DNA of 60,789 nt, counting the filler, from Catajapyx aquilonaris (Eukaryota), in assembly GCA_000934665.2 (NCBI GenBank). It is 4 parts of 4 records of this genome, joined end to end, with 100 filler letters (N's around TTAATTAATTAA, not from the genome) between each part and the next. Parts side by side here need not be neighbours in the genome. Positions count along the whole stretch, not along the records: positions 1 to 15,121 come from KZ539710.1; positions 15,222 to 30,351 come from KZ539711.1; 2 more parts are not named here. One strand, written 5' to 3'. The notes under the pieces are model-generated. The model had not been told where the DNA came from. It searched no databases and was given only the letters and a program-made list of their open reading frames with translations. Positions 12,121 to 24,762 of this stretch are shown here, one piece after another (position 1 is the stretch's first letter; each line of letters opens with the position of its first letter). A program made the position numbers and the translations under genes.

Positions 12121-13135
12121 CAGGGTTCGTAAAATTTAATCTACCGTCGCTTTGGGAAATGATTGAGAGGTTCTATAGGCGATCACTTTGAGTATATTCA
12201 ACATGGGTCTGTGGGCAATGTGGTTGTTGGTTGTCGCCATGCTGCTGATTTTCAGCAGTTACTTTTGCACAGTTACTTTTAATGGTTATCAAAAGTATTA
12301 GCTGGTAATATTAGGTTCATGTACCAGGTGTACCCATCCTTTTCGAATCACAGTGGGTTCTGTCATTGACGTGAGATGCCAATATTTTTCAAGTAGGCCA
12401 TTCCTAATCGAAACTATTTTGCAGCGGAGAGCTTGAATGGGTGATTTAGTTTAGCATATAACTTACTATTTGCAGTTGATACTTTTGAGAGCCCTTAAAA
12501 GTAACTGCTAAATATAAGCAACTTAGTGCTAACCAATAGCAATTGGACGGACCAATTGGACAATATTTTGGATGACCCTGTATATAAAATATTTAAAAAT
12601 ATTTAATTGTAGATTCTACATTTCTCAGAATGGTCTTCAATGCAGGAAGACTGCTTACAGAAATTATGCCTACAGTAGAACCCCGATTATCCGTGGATTC
12701 AGTGGGTTATTGTCAGATAACAGAAAAGGTCGGATAATCCGAGGAGCAAATGAAACACAACAAAAAGCGTAAAAAAACGCGAAATAATGTACAATATTAG
12801 TACGCTTTTCTAAGAAATATTGAAGTATACAGGAAGTCCCCGGTCTACGAACAGGGTTACGTTCTTGAAAATGTCCATTAGTCGGATTGGTAGGTAACTC
12901 GAATCCCTGAAGAACAGCGCATATGTGGAGCGTAAAGATGCTGCTTCAACGAACCTCTTACGTCTTGTGTGTTTGTTTGCAGGCGCAGTAGAAGTATAGT
13001 TTCCAAATTATTTATTAATATTATATAGTATTTATGATGAACTTGGTGTCGGTGCACGCAGAGGCGATTTAAAGTGGAGGAATAATTATAAATCATCCTT
13101 ATGGAGATCTTTGGGAGCCCGTTCGTAAATACGGA
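12121..13135. mobile_element. Cluster of decayed Tc1/mariner/pogo-type non-autonomous elements
   Basis: TA-flanked CAGGGT...ACCCTG ends (12121-12580). Pogo/Tigger-like starts TA-CAGTAGAACCCCGATTATCCG (about 12672) and TA-CAGGAAGTCCCCGGTCTACGAAC (about 12830). Boundaries approximate. Confidence 0.5.
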
Positions 13136-13415
13136 TCGCGGGCGGTGGTTTTAGCTTAGACAAGGTATTGTCTAGGCTCTAGGTCTAGGGGTTTTAGAAT
13201 ACAAGGTTTGATTTCTGTTTCTTCTAAGACCAGTACTGGTACCTGAATGGCATTGGAACGTTGTTCAGTAATTCAATATGATATAATTATTGAAGCTTAT
13301 TGGACCTGTTTCTTTGAATCAGACAACTTGCCCCACGTGCTTTGTTACAACTTGCCCCACGCACACTCTAGAAACAAATTCATCAGATGGCAGTTTTACC
13401 CAACATATTGTACTT

Positions 13416-13662
13416 GAGGGGTTTTTTGGAAAACGGGCAGATGTCACTAAAAGTGAATTTCCCAGGAAAGACATAAATGTGTCTGTCTCGGCCATTGCTC
13501 ACAATGTTAATTTGAGAATTAGATTTTGATTTGCGACTAGTAGAATGCCCTTTTGGCTTGAGAATTTTTCCACGTGAGCGTCAGGGTTGCCAGATGAATA
13601 CTGACGTGGTAGTTTGAAATTGGGAATTTCTGGACATCTGCGCTTTTCCCAAAAAACCCCTC
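13416..13662. mobile_element. MITE with GAG termini and 4-bp TSD (Sola2-like)
   Basis: About 30-bp TIRs GAGGGGTTTTTTGGAAAACGGGCAGATGTC / GACATCTGCGCTTTTCCCAAAAAACCCCTC. ACTT duplicated on both sides. Confidence 0.75.
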
Positions 13663-15121
13663 ACTTGTTTCTAGCCATGCTATTAGATTCTACATGATTC
13701 GAGCTCCAAAGTAATATAATTATATGTCACTAACTGCCACAAAACACTACATCTGCAGATGCAGTAGCAAAAATGGAGAGAGGAAAAAATACTCAGGTGC
13801 TTGAAAAACGCAAAATAGGCGAGCTCCGAAAAACAGGGTGGAGGAAGCTTGGTCGGCTTTCGTGATTCTGACCAAATTCTAGGTTGGTCAGAACACAAGT
13901 TCCGAAGAAAATGCGAGTGGTACCTCTTGCCTCACGGTACAACTAGCCCCACTCTCCCCTACGGTATTTTTTGTACTTATAAATCTACGGATTTAAAATG
14001 ACCAGATATTTTGACAAGGTAAAACCATTTTTTTGTTTTTTTTCGCAAACAGTGGAATCTTTCTGAAATATATTTGACTTTTATGTCTATAATCAATTTC
14101 TGTGTAAATAACTCGCCAAAACTTTAGGAAAATGACCCTGCCATGATGAATCAACCCTGATTTTATCAGGATCACCAAAAGAAAGCTACGTATTCAAGAT
14201 TTCAATCATTGCAACAGCAATGATTCTCTCAGTGATGTGAAGTATTATTTTATGTCGTGGAACTGATGTGATGGAGACAAAAAGCTCTGAATTTGCTTCT
14301 GACCTAACTGCCGATAAAATAATATGCAGTGGGGTGAAAAAGCTTCGCATTTACTCTCAAATGCAGCTCCTAAGGCGAAAACACTCTAATTAATTTTGCA
14401 GATTCCTATAACTATCATGTATGGCGATTCAAAACCTACAATAAACATATTTTCTCTGTCAAGAATCTGAAATAGCCAAAAGATAGTAATGCCTTAGAAT
14501 AAATTCTGACAGAGCCATAAATGTGAGAGCAAGTGACATCTTTTGCACCACCACTATAACTGGTACCGGTACTGCAGCTATTGATTCAGCATTGTGTGGA
14601 TATGGATATGATGTGCCATGATATATTTAGGGCTTTACTTTAAAATTACTTTTCAGGAGACTTGGGGAGTTACTTAGTAGATGTTAGGCACAGAATAAAA
14701 ACCATGGACAATGAAATGTTTGTCTTCACCATTTCTGAAGAAGAGGACTCTGTTTTTGTACAAGTCAGTATAATACTGTATGTTTGCACTGCCGTCTTAC
14801 CAAAAAACTCACGTATATTCACTTCGCAATGATGACTTTTATTCCTTTACAATGATTTGAGAGGGAATGTGTCCATATAAAGAGGTCATGTTTCACAACT
14901 TCCTCTTTAGATCCCCATAGTGTGCTGGTCCCGCAATTACAATTCAACAAACAGCGCTGGATCACCATGGATGAAATCCCAAAATGCAACCAAGTGTCAA
15001 TGTACAGTTTATACCTGGTTTATACTGTAGGCTGGTTCCATTTCAATCCAGACGGTGGGTGCCCAGTCATGGTCTTCGATTTTTTTTAAAAAAATATATG
15101 TGAAACCCACATCCAATTGAA

Positions 15122-15221
15122 NNNNNNNNNNNNNNNNNNNNNNNNNNNNNNNNNNNNNNNNNNNNTTAATTAATTAANNNNNNNNNNNNNNNNNNNNNNN
15201 NNNNNNNNNNNNNNNNNNNNN
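15122..15221. other. Artificial contig-joining linker
   Basis: 44 N + TTAATTAATTAA (stops in all six frames) + 44 N. Identical copies at 30352-30451 and 45575-45674. Confidence 0.97.
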
Positions 15222-15638
15222 CTGCTTGCAGCACCTACTCCTCCACAAGAGAGACGGTCTCTGCAGTCATCACCTCCAAAGGCCGAAAGTCGCATAGCCC
15301 GCCTTCGATGTTCTCTCAACCCAAACGAAACTGCTTAGCCCATTCCTTCATGGTGGAATATGAAGAGGAAGCTTCACCATACACACCACACCAGGCCTGT
15401 TTAATAGACATCGTAGTAAGGCCTTCCTTGGTGAGGAACTTGATCACTCTCGATACTCGATTTTCACCATGTTGCAACTCGTCTAACTAAAGTTGACTTT
15501 TCTAAGAGACTGACTGACGTTGCCGGGTGAAACTTGTACATTCCTCAACTCATGGTTGGGACTACCTGACACTATAGTTGTTTCATCTCTATCACCCCTG
15601 GAACATAGCCAGGACGGAAACTTTTGGCGCCTACCTCG
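15222..15638 (-). mobile_element. Mariner element relic (5' TIR and transposase N-terminal HTH)
   Basis: Minus strand starts TA-CGAGGTAGGCGCCAAAAGTTTCC. From the ATG at 15470 it reads MVKIEYR, frameshift, VIKFLTKEGLTTMSIKQAWCGVYGEASSSYSTMKEWAKQFRLG*, a Mos1-like HTH with stops. Confidence 0.8.
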
Positions 15639-16009
15639 TATGCAATTGTAACGTCAAATTTTTGCCTTTAATTCTTTCAAACCTGGTTTTTTGAACTTGG
15701 TGTGTTTCACTTGTGTGCGCACGAAGCCACTATAAATTGTGTTGGTCCAGGTCATGAAATATTTGGAATGCTGTGTTTGAAAAGTCTCTCTCTGGCAAAT
15801 AGCGTCAAACTATGTAAGTACAGGGCAATGTCGCGGGGTGACTTAAAGTCAATAATTGAATAATGGGAACTACAGGGACATAATTACTGCTGCAAGAAGT
15901 GGTTACATGGAATGTCATTTACATACAATTATATCAGGTTACAAAAAAATTAAGCAGTGAAGATTAGAGGGAATTAGACATTCCTGACCACTGATTTTAT
16001 TTCTCGCAG

Positions 16010-16961
16010 GCTCCTGTACGTTGGGACACAGTGGACATCACTGACCAGTCTGACCCTGGGGATGACTATGTCTCTCCAAGTAGCTCAAATGGCAATGGTC
16101 GTGCTGCCTTGAAGAGGAAGAAAAAGAAGCAAAAAGGAAAGGTTGGTATTGCAAAATGACTAACCTTTACAGACCCTGTTCACTTCACGGCCACTGTAGG
16201 ACTCATATGGGATTTAAGAAAGGCTGTCAATGTCATACTGGGTTGCATATAATTTAATTATTTGGATAAAAAAAGGGTCAGTCTTTTTTAAATGTGTATT
16301 TTATTTGTAGTAATGTTGAATTTTTTTTTAAAAGGTTAACCACAAAATGCAATCAGCTGAAACAAATACTACAAGAACCACTAGAGGTTATAAAAAGGAC
16401 AGTGCAACTTCTGAGGATTCACGTGTGGTCGTGGGAAGGAATCTGAGACTGAGGAAGAAGATGGCAAACAAGAGCAACCCGGGTTCAATCGAGACTCCAG
16501 AGAAGCAGTCGACTAGTCATGAAAGACTTACGTCTAATGATGGGCCTTACCCGTGCAGTGATTGCGTTAAGATGTTTTCCACCAGGAAGCGGTTGCAAGA
16601 ACATTGCAGGAATGTCCATCTTGGTGTGAGGCCACACTCCTGTGACATCTGTGACAAGACATTTGGTAAGAAGTATCTCTTGGAAATTCACAGGAGGAGT
16701 CACACAGGAAAAAAGCCTTACCAGTGCTACGTGTGCGAAAAAATATTGTTTACCCTCTCTGGGTATTGCCAGCATGTTAAGCTTCACAATGGACTGAAAC
16801 CATTATTTTGCACCATTTGTGACGCACGATTCGCTGTTTCAAAAGCCTTTCATATTCACATGTCAATTCACTCAGTTGAGAAGCCATTTAAGTGTGACTT
16901 GTGTGGGGCACAATTCACCCAAAAAGGAAGCTTGCAGAGGCATATGAAATTAATGCATTAG
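16010..16961 (+). CDS. C2H2 zinc-finger protein, paralogue 1 (last two exons, 5 fingers)
   Basis: Exon 16010-16141 (APVRWDTVD...KRKKKKQKGK, phase 0) and exon 16335-16961 with 5 C2H2 fingers and TGKKPY/SVEKPF linkers. 5' exons lie outside the contig. Confidence 0.85.
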
Positions 16962-18733
16962 GCAAAGGTAAGGTTATTTTCCCTTACCACGGTCACATCA
17001 TGCTTTTGTGGAAATTCTTGTATGCTTCATAGCATACTTGGTCATTATCTTAAAGGGCAGATTCGCAAATCACTGAATGTTGGAGCTGCAGGACAAGAAT
17101 GTAGTTCCTACATAATTCAGCTTTTGGTTCATTAAAATGATAGGCAGACACCACATCCCAATGATCTCATACTCTTCAAGACTGAAATGTGTCCAGACAT
17201 TGGTCATATAATTTGATCCTGTCTTTACATGCAGAAACAAAATAGTATTATTACCTGTGCATACAAGTGTCTTAAATGCAAAGGTGTGAGATAGTTTTTA
17301 CAATGAAAGTTTGGAGCAAATCTGCTGACTTATGTTTTTCGATTATCTTGTGCTGTTACTATGTCTGCAATAACTTCTCCTTTTGGTGTTTGGAATTACT
17401 GTAAAAGATAGCAGGTGATTGTGGCGATTTAATGGGATTGAATGATTGTGATCAAGATTGGAGACAAATGGGGGCTTTATTGTCAGAACCACTCCTCGGC
17501 CACTGCAGTATTATGCTGATTGCTTCTAAATGGAAAAGACTGAAAATTAAAAGTACGTAAAGTCATTAGAATTCCGAATTCAAGACATTCATGCCAAGTA
17601 TCATGAACAGATGTCAGTGAGTTTAGATGTGCTCCATTTTGAACATACTTATTGAACAATTAATATTAAATTACTTGTGAAAATAAATGCGCATCTAGTG
17701 CTTGATGTTGCTCAGTGCAAAAAAAATAAAATAAAGATGTAAAAATGATACATATGATGGATATTTTTGATTTTACTCCATGAAATACTAATAATAATTA
17801 ATTTTGTCTTTTTTGTACCAATCATCCACTTGTCTCTCACTGAACATTGGACATTACTCAGAAAGTGGTGGTGGTGGGATCATCGGATGTCGTGTGATTG
17901 GTGACTTGTATCGTCTACACCAATGTTTTTCAACCTTTTGTATTGTTAGTTTATTTTTCTCTTCATTTTTGTAATAAACACAAATTGACATAAATAACTT
18001 GAGTAGTGCATAACTAGGCCTCAATCGTCTCTTGCATGATTTATCAAGACCATGTTCACAGTATTTCTAGATATTATTGAGTATGTTTTTCTCTCAATAT
18101 TGTGCAATATGTCAATATGATTGTTTAGACCCTGTGAGAGATTTTGGCTATATGGACAGCCTGTGAGCGACAACGAAATCAGGTCAATAGTTGTCCAAGT
18201 CAGTTGTACAGATTTGGACAAGTACCTCTGGTCCTTCCAGATGACCGCCTTCTCTCACTCCTTTCGAGACTACCAATGGCTCAAAGGTCAAGCTGACCTC
18301 TTGGACTTCACCACCGTGGATCTTGTCCCCCATCAACGTGACCTGTGACCCCACCTCAATCTGGTCATGTTTCGGTGCTTCGTATGTGACCTGGTTAATC
18401 ATAATGAAATGTTCACTCATGCCTTCAAATAAAGATTGGAAGGTTCCAAAGAGATTACACCAACCATTTTAATTACTCTCGAGGTGCACGTTTGGAGATC
18501 TTCATCAAGTATGGGTAATTCAATAAGGCAATCAGAATTCCGCTTCGTGTGAACTCTTTGGAACATTCTCGCCAATGTTTCTCTATTATTATTATTTTTT
18601 TGTAGAGAAAAAGTCTAAAAATTAAGATTAGATTTTGCAATCACTTTTCATTAAGCGCTATCTATTATATTAGTTCTTTGTTGTAGCTGCTTTGCCCGCA
18701 GCTACGCGATTGTCTCCCCATCCTTCCTGAATC

Positions 18734-18758
18734 CAAGATGGCGCCTTCCTCGTTCTAA
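18734..18758 (+). promoter_or_regulatory. YY1-type CAAGATGGCG motif overlapping a 6-codon uORF, upstream of paralogue 2
   Basis: CAAGATGGCG at 18734-18743; ATG GCG CCT TCC TCG TTC TAA. The same arrangement occurs at 26945-26969 before paralogue 3. Confidence 0.55.
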
Positions 18759-18916
18759 AAAGTGAAAAAGTGAGCTTCTGTTTTGAGAGGATTTTGTCTC
18801 TTTTTGAGACGTGTTAGGCCCGGGTTGTGGGTGGAACCGGGTTGGATAGAAGCACCGGGTCTCTCTCTCTTTCGAGTCAGGGTAGTTGAAGAGGAGTGGT
18901 AGAGGAACAAGCCATC

Positions 18917-19741
18917 ATGGCCCCCGTGGACATGGAGATGATGATGGAGACAGTCTTGGCCATGAAACGTCTCCTGGAGCTGATCTTGCCTCGACTGGAC
19001 AAATTGGAGCTGATCCTGCCTCGACTGGACTCACTGGAGGAAGGTGTGGGCGCTCTGAAGGAGTGGGCTTGGTGTGGGGGCTGCAGAATTAGTGAAGAGG
19101 AAGAGGGTGAGTTTATTGTCACTTAATTGTCACCAGGAGATTCCTGCCGGTTCTGATAAGCATAAGGTGAATTCGTTTATGGCTGAGTGTAGCAATAGTG
19201 TAGCAATAGTGTAGCTCCAGCGAGAGTTCTGCATTCGTTTATGACGAAGCTGCTCTAAAGGGGCGGGGCTTGGCGTAGCACTGCATTCGTTTATCCCAGT
19301 GCAAGGGTCGGGTGTAGCGCGAGTGTAGCTCTGGCCTGCACGCTCGTTCGGGAGGGTGCAAGCGGTGTAGCAGTGGGTGTAGCTCCTCTTACACTGTGAC
19401 GTTTCACACACGTGACCAGGCTGCGCGAGAGCTACACTCCAGTGCTACACTCAACCATAAACGAATTCACCTATTGTATGACTGGAAAAGAATGTGCTTT
19501 TTCTCATCATGGGTGCAGACGACAATCCAGTCGACTTACCTTCTGAAGCCCTCATCACTACTTCAGGCAACGCTGAGATTGAAAGCAGCGATTCCGTTCC
19601 TGTGGGCAGCATCAGAGTTGAACTGGACCAGTGCAAGACGGACGAGATCATGGTGGAAAGTGAAGGCCCACAAGGAATCATTGACGGTTGGGTGAGTATG
19701 CATAATGACGTTGCTCGTTTGTGGGGTCAGGGGGTTTGATA

Positions 19742-19791
<50 letters not shown>

Positions 19792-22700
19792 TAATAAGTT
19801 TTATTAACCAGCAAGGCTTTGTGGCCCTTCGGCAGGGAAGAGCGCTCTGTACATTTGTCGTTTTGGGTTGTAACACTCGTTTTATAGGAAGGTGAAGTGG
19901 GGTAAGTGCATACACGGGGTAAGTGCATAAACTGGCCATCATATTGGAATGAAAATGGCTGACATGCACATGCTCACCTCTTGTGGGGACGTGATGTGCA
20001 GCTACACAAAAGCACGGCCATAGAATATAAGGTCTGGTCACTCCCACCCACCCCCTGCCGACGTGTTTTGCAGAAGTTCCTCACTTGATTGCGCCATGAG
20101 ACATTTCAGTCTCCGGTGAAGTGGCAACCCTACCGGACTAGGCTGAACTTTATAGGTACAACACTAACAAAAGGGAAGCGCTACACTGGTGGACCCAACA
20201 TGGTTGCCGCCGGCCATTTTGTGCCCGCATGTAGCGCTTCCTTTATGTACCTATAAAGTTCAGCGTTAGTCCGGTATGGTCGCCAGTTAAACGGAGGCTG
20301 AAATGTCTCGTGGCGCTCTCAAGTGAGCATTTTCTGCAAAACGCGTCGGAAGGTGATAAGCCCAGAAGACCATTAGGGGTAGTGTCCGTGGGCTGCACAA
20401 AAGAGTGCCTGACGTGTTTGGGTGTCGTCAGCCATTTTCATTCCAATATGGCGGCCCCGTGTATGCACTTACCCCACTTCACCTTATATTAACAAAAAAG
20501 AAAAGAAAAATAATGAAAAGAAAAAGGTGAACAATATTGTGAAAGGTGCGGAAATGTTACTCATATTGTTACTCATAATACGATGTCTGCATAGTTCAGG
20601 AGCCTGACGGCATGCGTGAAAAAAGAAAACAAGTTGTGTATTTGCAATACCGGTGGATTATCTAATAATGAAGACATCAAGTCGGGTGGGACAGCGGGCC
20701 AGTTATACAGGTGTAGGTTCCTTGCGTATGAAAAAAATGAGCATACGTAAATATATGATGTGGTGTAAGCTAAACGGGTCTGCTTCGTAACACGGAACAT
20801 TTCTCTTCTGGGGTAATTCTGAATTTGTATCCTCGAATTAATAGGTAGTTTGATTCATTGCGGACGTTGCCCATCATTCGCAAAACCGGTACGGGGAGTT
20901 GGTGGCCAAAATAGAGCTCAGTTGTCGGGGTAGTTTTCCACTGTTCGTAATTGGAGTATCGCCGTGAATGTGCCAGATCTGACCAGTCTTGTTGAATCAA
21001 TGAGTCTATGTGCATGTTAATTAACCCAGATAGAGGGATCTGTAGTCTGTTTTCCAGCCAATGCTGTCTTGTGGTCCCCATCGTCCTAAACTGAACTTCC
21101 ACCAAATTACCCCAATGGGACCCTAGTGATTGGTGTGCGTCTGAAGTTGCATGGGGGGGGGGGGGGGGTTNNNNNNNNNNNNNNNNNNNNGGGTTTGATA
21201 AATGGCTAGGTAGCTAACAGATTGAACATTATGTTGAAAATGGGGCTGTACAGGAAGGAAATGAAATCAACCTACAAACTTGTAGGGGTAATAGAACCCA
21301 TTGAAAACCCAAGACTCACATTTTTCATAAAGGAAACCTTGTCTGTAAACGCCATCAAGAGGGGGTTCATAGATTAGGAACGGGTGAACTTTTTGTTCAG
21401 AGGAATATGAAATATTGTTAGTTAAATATGAATATGCTTTCCCCTGACATGGCAGAATCAAGACTTGGAACCTGCAGAAGAAAGAGCCTCCAGAAACATC
21501 AGGGACATTGCTTCCCTCTCGAGTCAGGTTCAATTGGATTCGGCTACGGAAGTTGGCGGTTTGGCAAACACAGGTATGATTGGGTTGCTCACGTGCGTCT
21601 AGTATTGAAGGTCTACGTTGTTGGCAATGCAGAGTTTGGCAATGGGCTCTAGGGAGTCTTTAGCAGAGTATTGGCCCTAATGTTTGAATGTTGCAGCATA
21701 GTTGTACTGTACAACGAACAGGTATTGTGTGCATCACATTGGAGCTGTGCATTCATATAGCAGGGGGACAGGCATAATTATGAAGGGCTTCCATTATCGC
21801 AATTCACTCCAGCAATCTCTATCAAGCATGATCTGAATGTACTTGCCCAACACCAATAAAGTTCACATAGCACGAAAATCACCTGCATGTTGATGTTACA
21901 AATACGAATTACTTGAGAATACATAATGTTTTAATCACACAACTTATTTTCTAATGAGCCACATGGAAGAGCAATGTTGGGGCGAGATATCAATGCATTG
22001 GTTAGTGGAACAAGAGGAATAGTACAGTATTTGTTTAGCCGTGCAGGGGGCAATGGAGTTCTCCCAGAGCGCTAAACTCGCCACAAAGTTCGCCTAGCAG
22101 CAGGTGACATTGCCATGGGCAGCAATGACAGCCTCCACACAACACGACCTCTGTTGAATGAGCTCTGGTACTCGGCTAGAGTGATGGTGTCCCGAACCTC
22201 TCATAGTTTGGCCCTCAAGGGATGCCTTGGTGCAAGGCTGTTTCCTCTGAAGTACCTTCTTCATGACTTTCCAGTCTATCTCAATTGTATTGAGGTTCAT
22301 GGCCACGTAGAATGTGAATCCCCTTGTCTGCTTCCGCTGTTTTGGCAAGATGCAAAGTCCTGTTGAAATATTACGTTGACATCCGGATGTAAGGTTGCTA
22401 TTGAGGGGACACACAGTGGATGGTCTCTCAAAATCTCCTGAAACATGGCTGTGTCGATGGTGCCACTGATGCCGTGAAAGTTGCCAAGGCCAACACTACT
22501 CATGCATCCTCACACCATAATGCTGTGTGCATGTTTGACGGTTCAAGTGAGACATCGGTATGGTACGCCTCTTCCTTTGTTTGCAGTACTGGATTACGGA
22601 TGCTCCTGTACTGACTAATTCATAGCGAAACTTGACTAATTCCACATCTGATATGCCCAATGCTTCCATTCCTTCTCCCGAGCAAGTCTTTTTCCTGTTC

Positions 22701-24762
22701 CAGTACCATCAAGAGTGAATTCTTCTTGCCCTATTGTCAAGAGGGCAGGTCCTGATTTCATGAATTCCCCGTTAGTCTTTGATAAGTTACGCATAAAAGT
22801 TCATCTTCATGTCACTGAAGCAGAGTCAACAGGCTGTTGTGGGGACCACCTTTTGGGTCACCTCGGACCATTTTGAAATATTGAAGGTCCCTGCTCCTTT
22901 CGCCAATTTTGCGACACATTTTTTTCAGCTCTCAGTTTTTCCTTGCTGCTGTTACCTGGTGACCATCCATAATAAGGTTTTTCTGGATGGTTCTTGTAGT
23001 TTTGTTACTTAATGCGATGCCCCTTACCATGGAGCATGGCACATGCCCTTCCTGTCTAACCACATACGCAGACTTTCCTTCTTCAGAGCTCTTCCATATC
23101 ACCTTCCATACCTCTGGGGGAATGGGCTTACTACCTCCCGTGATTGTTATTTTCAGACACAGAGTGCAATGAGTAATGGCATTGCGGTGCAGGGCAAGAG
23201 ACCTGCACTTTTTTCCCATCTGGCACAACCGCATCAGTCTGTATTTAACAGTGGGTGAACTTTGTGGCGCGTCTAGCGCTCTGGGCGAACTCCATTTCCC
23301 CGGCGCGCTAAACAAATACTGTCCTATTCGTCTTGTTCCACTGACAAATGCATTGATATCTCGCCCCAACATTTCTCTTCCATGTGGCTCATTAGCATAT
23401 ATAAGATGTGTGATTAAAACATGATTAATTCTTAAGTAGTCGGTGGGGGCAGCGGGCTGTGTCGCCAAGATAGGTCTGTATCCGCAAGGAAGGAAGATTA
23501 GGCTTGGTTTGGTTAGGTTGGTACACCATACCCCTTCCAAAATCCAAAAAAATCAATCTGCCTTTGTGACATAGCCAAACTGCCCCCAGCCACCACTCCC
23601 CCTGCCGCGCCTCGCACGCCAGTAATGGTTACTCTTTCCCGTAAGTCTTTCAAATACAGTGTTATACCATCATATTTTGCAGAGACAGAAGCAGCCTTCA
23701 CAGATGTCCTTCCTGAAGAATCTTGCGGACCCTCAACTATTGATGGGGGAAACTCAGAGCATCAAGGAGAACTTGAGAACAGAGAAAATACTGGGGTAAG
23801 GTATATATTATTTTTAATTTTGTAAGGAAACATCGGAAAAGCTAATCCAAAGGGGGAAAACAGGAACGTGTTGTGGACTTCTGGTCATCTCTAATTAAGA
23901 GCCAAAACATGCTTAAATCAATTGGTGAAGGTCTTACGTGCGCCTGCCTTGTTTCAGTACTTTCATTCCACCACGTAGGTCTTACTACTCTTTTTTTCAC
24001 TCTAGGGAATGTTTTTGCTCTTATTTTATTTGTAGTAATGGTGAATTTTCTTCAAAGGAAAATTCCGAAATCCAATCAGCTGGAAAAGAAACTTCAATGA
24101 GAATCTCTGGAGACTTTCATAAGGATGGTGCAACTTCAGATGTGGGCATGACAAAGAAGAAGACACCAAGGAAGATGACAGCAAACAAGAAGAAGCCAGG
24201 ATCAGTCCAGACTGGACAGAAGCAGGGGTTCACTGGTCATGCAAAAGTTTCACCTGTTGATAGGCCATACCCATGCAGTGATTGTGATATGAGGTGTACT
24301 ACAAAGTGGAGGTTACAAAGGCATTTCAAGGATGTCCATCTTGGTGTGAGGCCATACTCATGTGACATGTGTGACAAGAAATTTGCTAGGAAGTCTCACA
24401 TGGATATTCACAGAAGGAGTCACACAGGAGAAAGGCCCTTCCATTGCGAATGGTGCGAAAAATGTTTTTGTTCAAGTTCTAACTACCACCACCATGTTCG
24501 GGTTCACAAGGGATTGAAACCATTCCGTTGCAGTACTTGTGGCAAAAGATTTGGTCGGTCAGAAGACTTACGCCGGCACATGTTAATTCACTCAGGTGAG
24601 AAGCCCTTTGAATGTAGCACTTGTGGCAAAAGATTTGGTCGGTCAGGAGACTTACGCCGGCACATGTTAATTCACTCAGGTGAGCAGCTTTTTGAATGCA
24701 ATTTATGTGGCAAACAGTTCAGCCAAGAAAACATGCGGAAACATGCGGAAGGAAAGCATTAG
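18917..24762 (+). CDS. C2H2 zinc-finger protein, paralogue 2 (complete 5-exon model, about 432 aa, 6 fingers)
   Basis: Exons 18917-19106, 19519-19691, 21456-21573, 23683-23795, 24058-24762. All introns GT-AG with matching phases (1,0,1,0). N-terminal leucine-rich helix, acidic linker, 6 fingers with TGERPF/SGEKPF linkers. Confidence 0.85.
19166..19471. mobile_element. PIF/Harbinger-like MITE in intron 1 of paralogue 2
   Basis: TIRs GGTGAATTCGTTTATGGCTGAGTGTAGC / GCTACACTCAACCATAAACGAATTCACC, internal GTGTAGC subrepeats, flanks TAA/TAT. Absent from the 73-nt intron 1 of paralogue 3. Confidence 0.7.
19741..19797. repeat. (AAT)n microsatellite
   Basis: Trinucleotide run. Confidence 0.95.
19889..20485. 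mobile_element. About 600-bp fully palindromic (foldback) MITE
   Basis: AAGGTGAAGTGGGGTAAGTGCATACACGGGG matches the reverse complement of the right end. Internal blocks also mirror (GCTGAACTTTATAGGTACA / TGTACCTATAAAGTTCAGC). Confidence 0.8.
21912..23436 (-). mobile_element. Full-length but inactivated Tc1-family transposon with about 180-bp TIRs
   Basis: TA-flanked; TIRs about 21912-22091 and 23258-23436. Disrupted transposase fragments VWGCMSSVGLG, VIFQQDFASC, NLNTIEIDWKVMKK and VEAVIAAHG match Tc1 DDE motifs. Lies in intron 3 of paralogue 2. Confidence 0.9.

Noticed and set aside
15166..15177. TTAATTAATTAA as a piggyBac target or other biological motif
   Set aside because: It is embedded symmetrically in N runs and repeated identically three times, so it is an artificial spacer.
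17995..18570. Short ORFs between ZNF paralogues 1 and 2
   Set aside because: No recognisable family, interrupted by stops, and no clear splice structure.
22932..23540. 202-aa ORF as an independent gene
   Set aside because: It runs through the Tc1 TIR and the decayed transposase 5' region.
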